64,000 bases of DNA from Mobula hypostoma. Its lineage: Eukaryota. The translations under genes were made by a program, and so were the position numbers. A model generated the notes under the pieces. That model saw nothing but the letters and a program-made list of their open reading frames with translations, did no database searches and was not told the DNA's origin. Location: positions 14,322,001-14,386,000 of the forward strand of contig NC_086097.1 of NCBI RefSeq assembly GCF_963921235.1, in the 5' to 3' direction. Within the stretch, counting starts at the first letter, position 1. Every line of letters begins with the position of its first letter. Shown here piece by piece: positions 62,405 to 64,000 of this stretch.

Positions 62405-64000
62405 GCTCAGAATTAGAAACAGGTTTATTATCACCGGCATGTAATGTGAAATTTGTTAACTTAGCAGCAGCAGTTCAATGCAATACATAAACTAGCAGAG
62501 AAAAAATAATGATAATAATAAATAAAATAAAAAATAATAAATGAACAAGTAAATCAATTACATATTTTGAATAGATTTTTTTAAAATGTGCAAAAACAGT
62601 AGTGTCTAAAGATTCAATGTCCATTTAGGAATCAGATGGCAGAGGGGAAGAAGCTGTTCCTGAATTGCTGAGTGTGTGCCTTCAGGCTTCTGAACCTCCT
62701 ACTTGATAGTAACAGTGAGAAAAGGGCATGCCCTGGGTGCTGGAGGTCCTTAATAATAGACGCAGCCTTTCTGAGACACCGCTCCCTAAAGATGTCCTGT
62801 GTACTTTGTAGGCTAGTACCAAGATGGAGCTGACTAGATTTACAACCTTCTGCAGCTTCTTTCGGTCCTGTGCAGTAGCCCCTCCATACCAGACAGTGAT
62901 GCAGCCTGTCAGAATGCTCTCCATGGTACATCTATTGAAGTTTTTGAGAGTATTTGTTGATGTGCCAAATCTCTTCAAACTCCTAAGCTGTCTTGCCTTC
63001 TTTATAACTACATCGATCTGTTGGGACCAGGTTAGATCCTCAGAGATCCTGATACTCAGGAACTTGAAGCTGCTCACTCTCTCCACTTCTGATCCCTCTA
63101 TGAGGATTGGTGTGTGTTCCTTCGTCTTACCCTTCCTGAAATCCACAATCAGCTCTTTTGTCTTACTGACGTTGAGTGCCAGGTTGTTGCTGTGGTACCA
63201 CTCCACTAGTTGGCATATCTCACTCCTATACGCCCTCTCGTCACCACCTGAGATTCTACCAACAAAGGTTGTATCGTCAGCAAATTTATAGAAGGTGTTT
63301 GAGCTGTACCTAGCCACACAGTCATGTGTATACAGAGAGTAGAACAGTGGGCTAAGCACACACCCCTGAGGTGTGCCAGAGTTGATCGTCAGCAAGGAGG
63401 ATATGTTATCACCAATTCGCCCAGATTGTGGTCTTCCAGTTAGGAAGTCGCGGATCCAATTGCAGAGGGAGCTACAGAGGCCCAGGTTCTGCAACTTCTC
63501 AGTCAGAATTGTGGGAATGATGGTATTAAATGCTGAGCTATAGTTGATGAACAGCATCCTGGTCTAGATGTTTGTGTTGTCCAGGTGATCTAAAGCCGTG
63601 TGGAGAGCCATTGAGATTGCGTCTGCCATTAATCTATTGTGGTAATAGGCAAATTGCAGTGGGTCCAGATCCTTGCTGAGGCAGGAGATTAGTCTGGTCG
63701 TATCCAACCTCTCAAAGCATTTCATCACTGTCAATGTGAGCAATACTGGGCGATAGTCATTTAGTCAGCCCACATTATTCTTCTTAGGCACTGGTATAAT
63801 TGTTGCCTTTTTAAAGCAAGTGGGAACTTCCGCCCGTAGGAGTGAGAGGTTGAAAATGTCCTTGAATACTCCTGTCAGTTAGGTGGCACAGGTTTTTAGA
63901 GCCTTACCAGGTACTCCATCGGGAACTTCCGCCTTGCGAGGCTTCACTCTCTTTAAAGATAGTCTAACATAAGCTTCTGAGACAGACATCACAGGATCAT
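62405..64000 (-). mobile_element. Rex1/Babar-clade LINE RT region and 3'UTR, continuing past window end
   Basis: ORF 62682-63557: [44 protein letters not shown]. Confidence 0.95.

Overview
Repeat-dense eukaryotic genomic DNA with no convincingly identifiable intact host protein-coding gene. The repeat mix suggests a cartilaginous fish such as a ray; this is inference. Most of the window is nested retroelements: several CR1 LINE families (one with ORF1 SGNH-esterase remnants, others with APE+RT ORF2), Rex1/Babar-type LINE fragments, an L2 remnant, Penelope-like (PLE) GIY-YIG remnants carrying minimal hammerhead ribozymes, RTE-derived bipartite elements, tRNA/V-SINEs, a Gypsy gag remnant, and Tc1 and hAT miniature elements. 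A few single-copy islands look regulatory. Three observations stand out. (1) An RTE-derived element at 36078-36635 has captured an exactly circularly permuted fragment resembling ZFTRAF1/CYHR1 coding sequence. (2) Small TSD-flanked, fold-back hammerhead elements derived from PLE ends occur at 322-551 and 52566-52800. (3) An ~860 bp minisatellite is made from the 25 nt at the 5' truncation point of a PLE. Family assignments come from motif recognition only, with no database search, and boundaries of old repeats are approximate.
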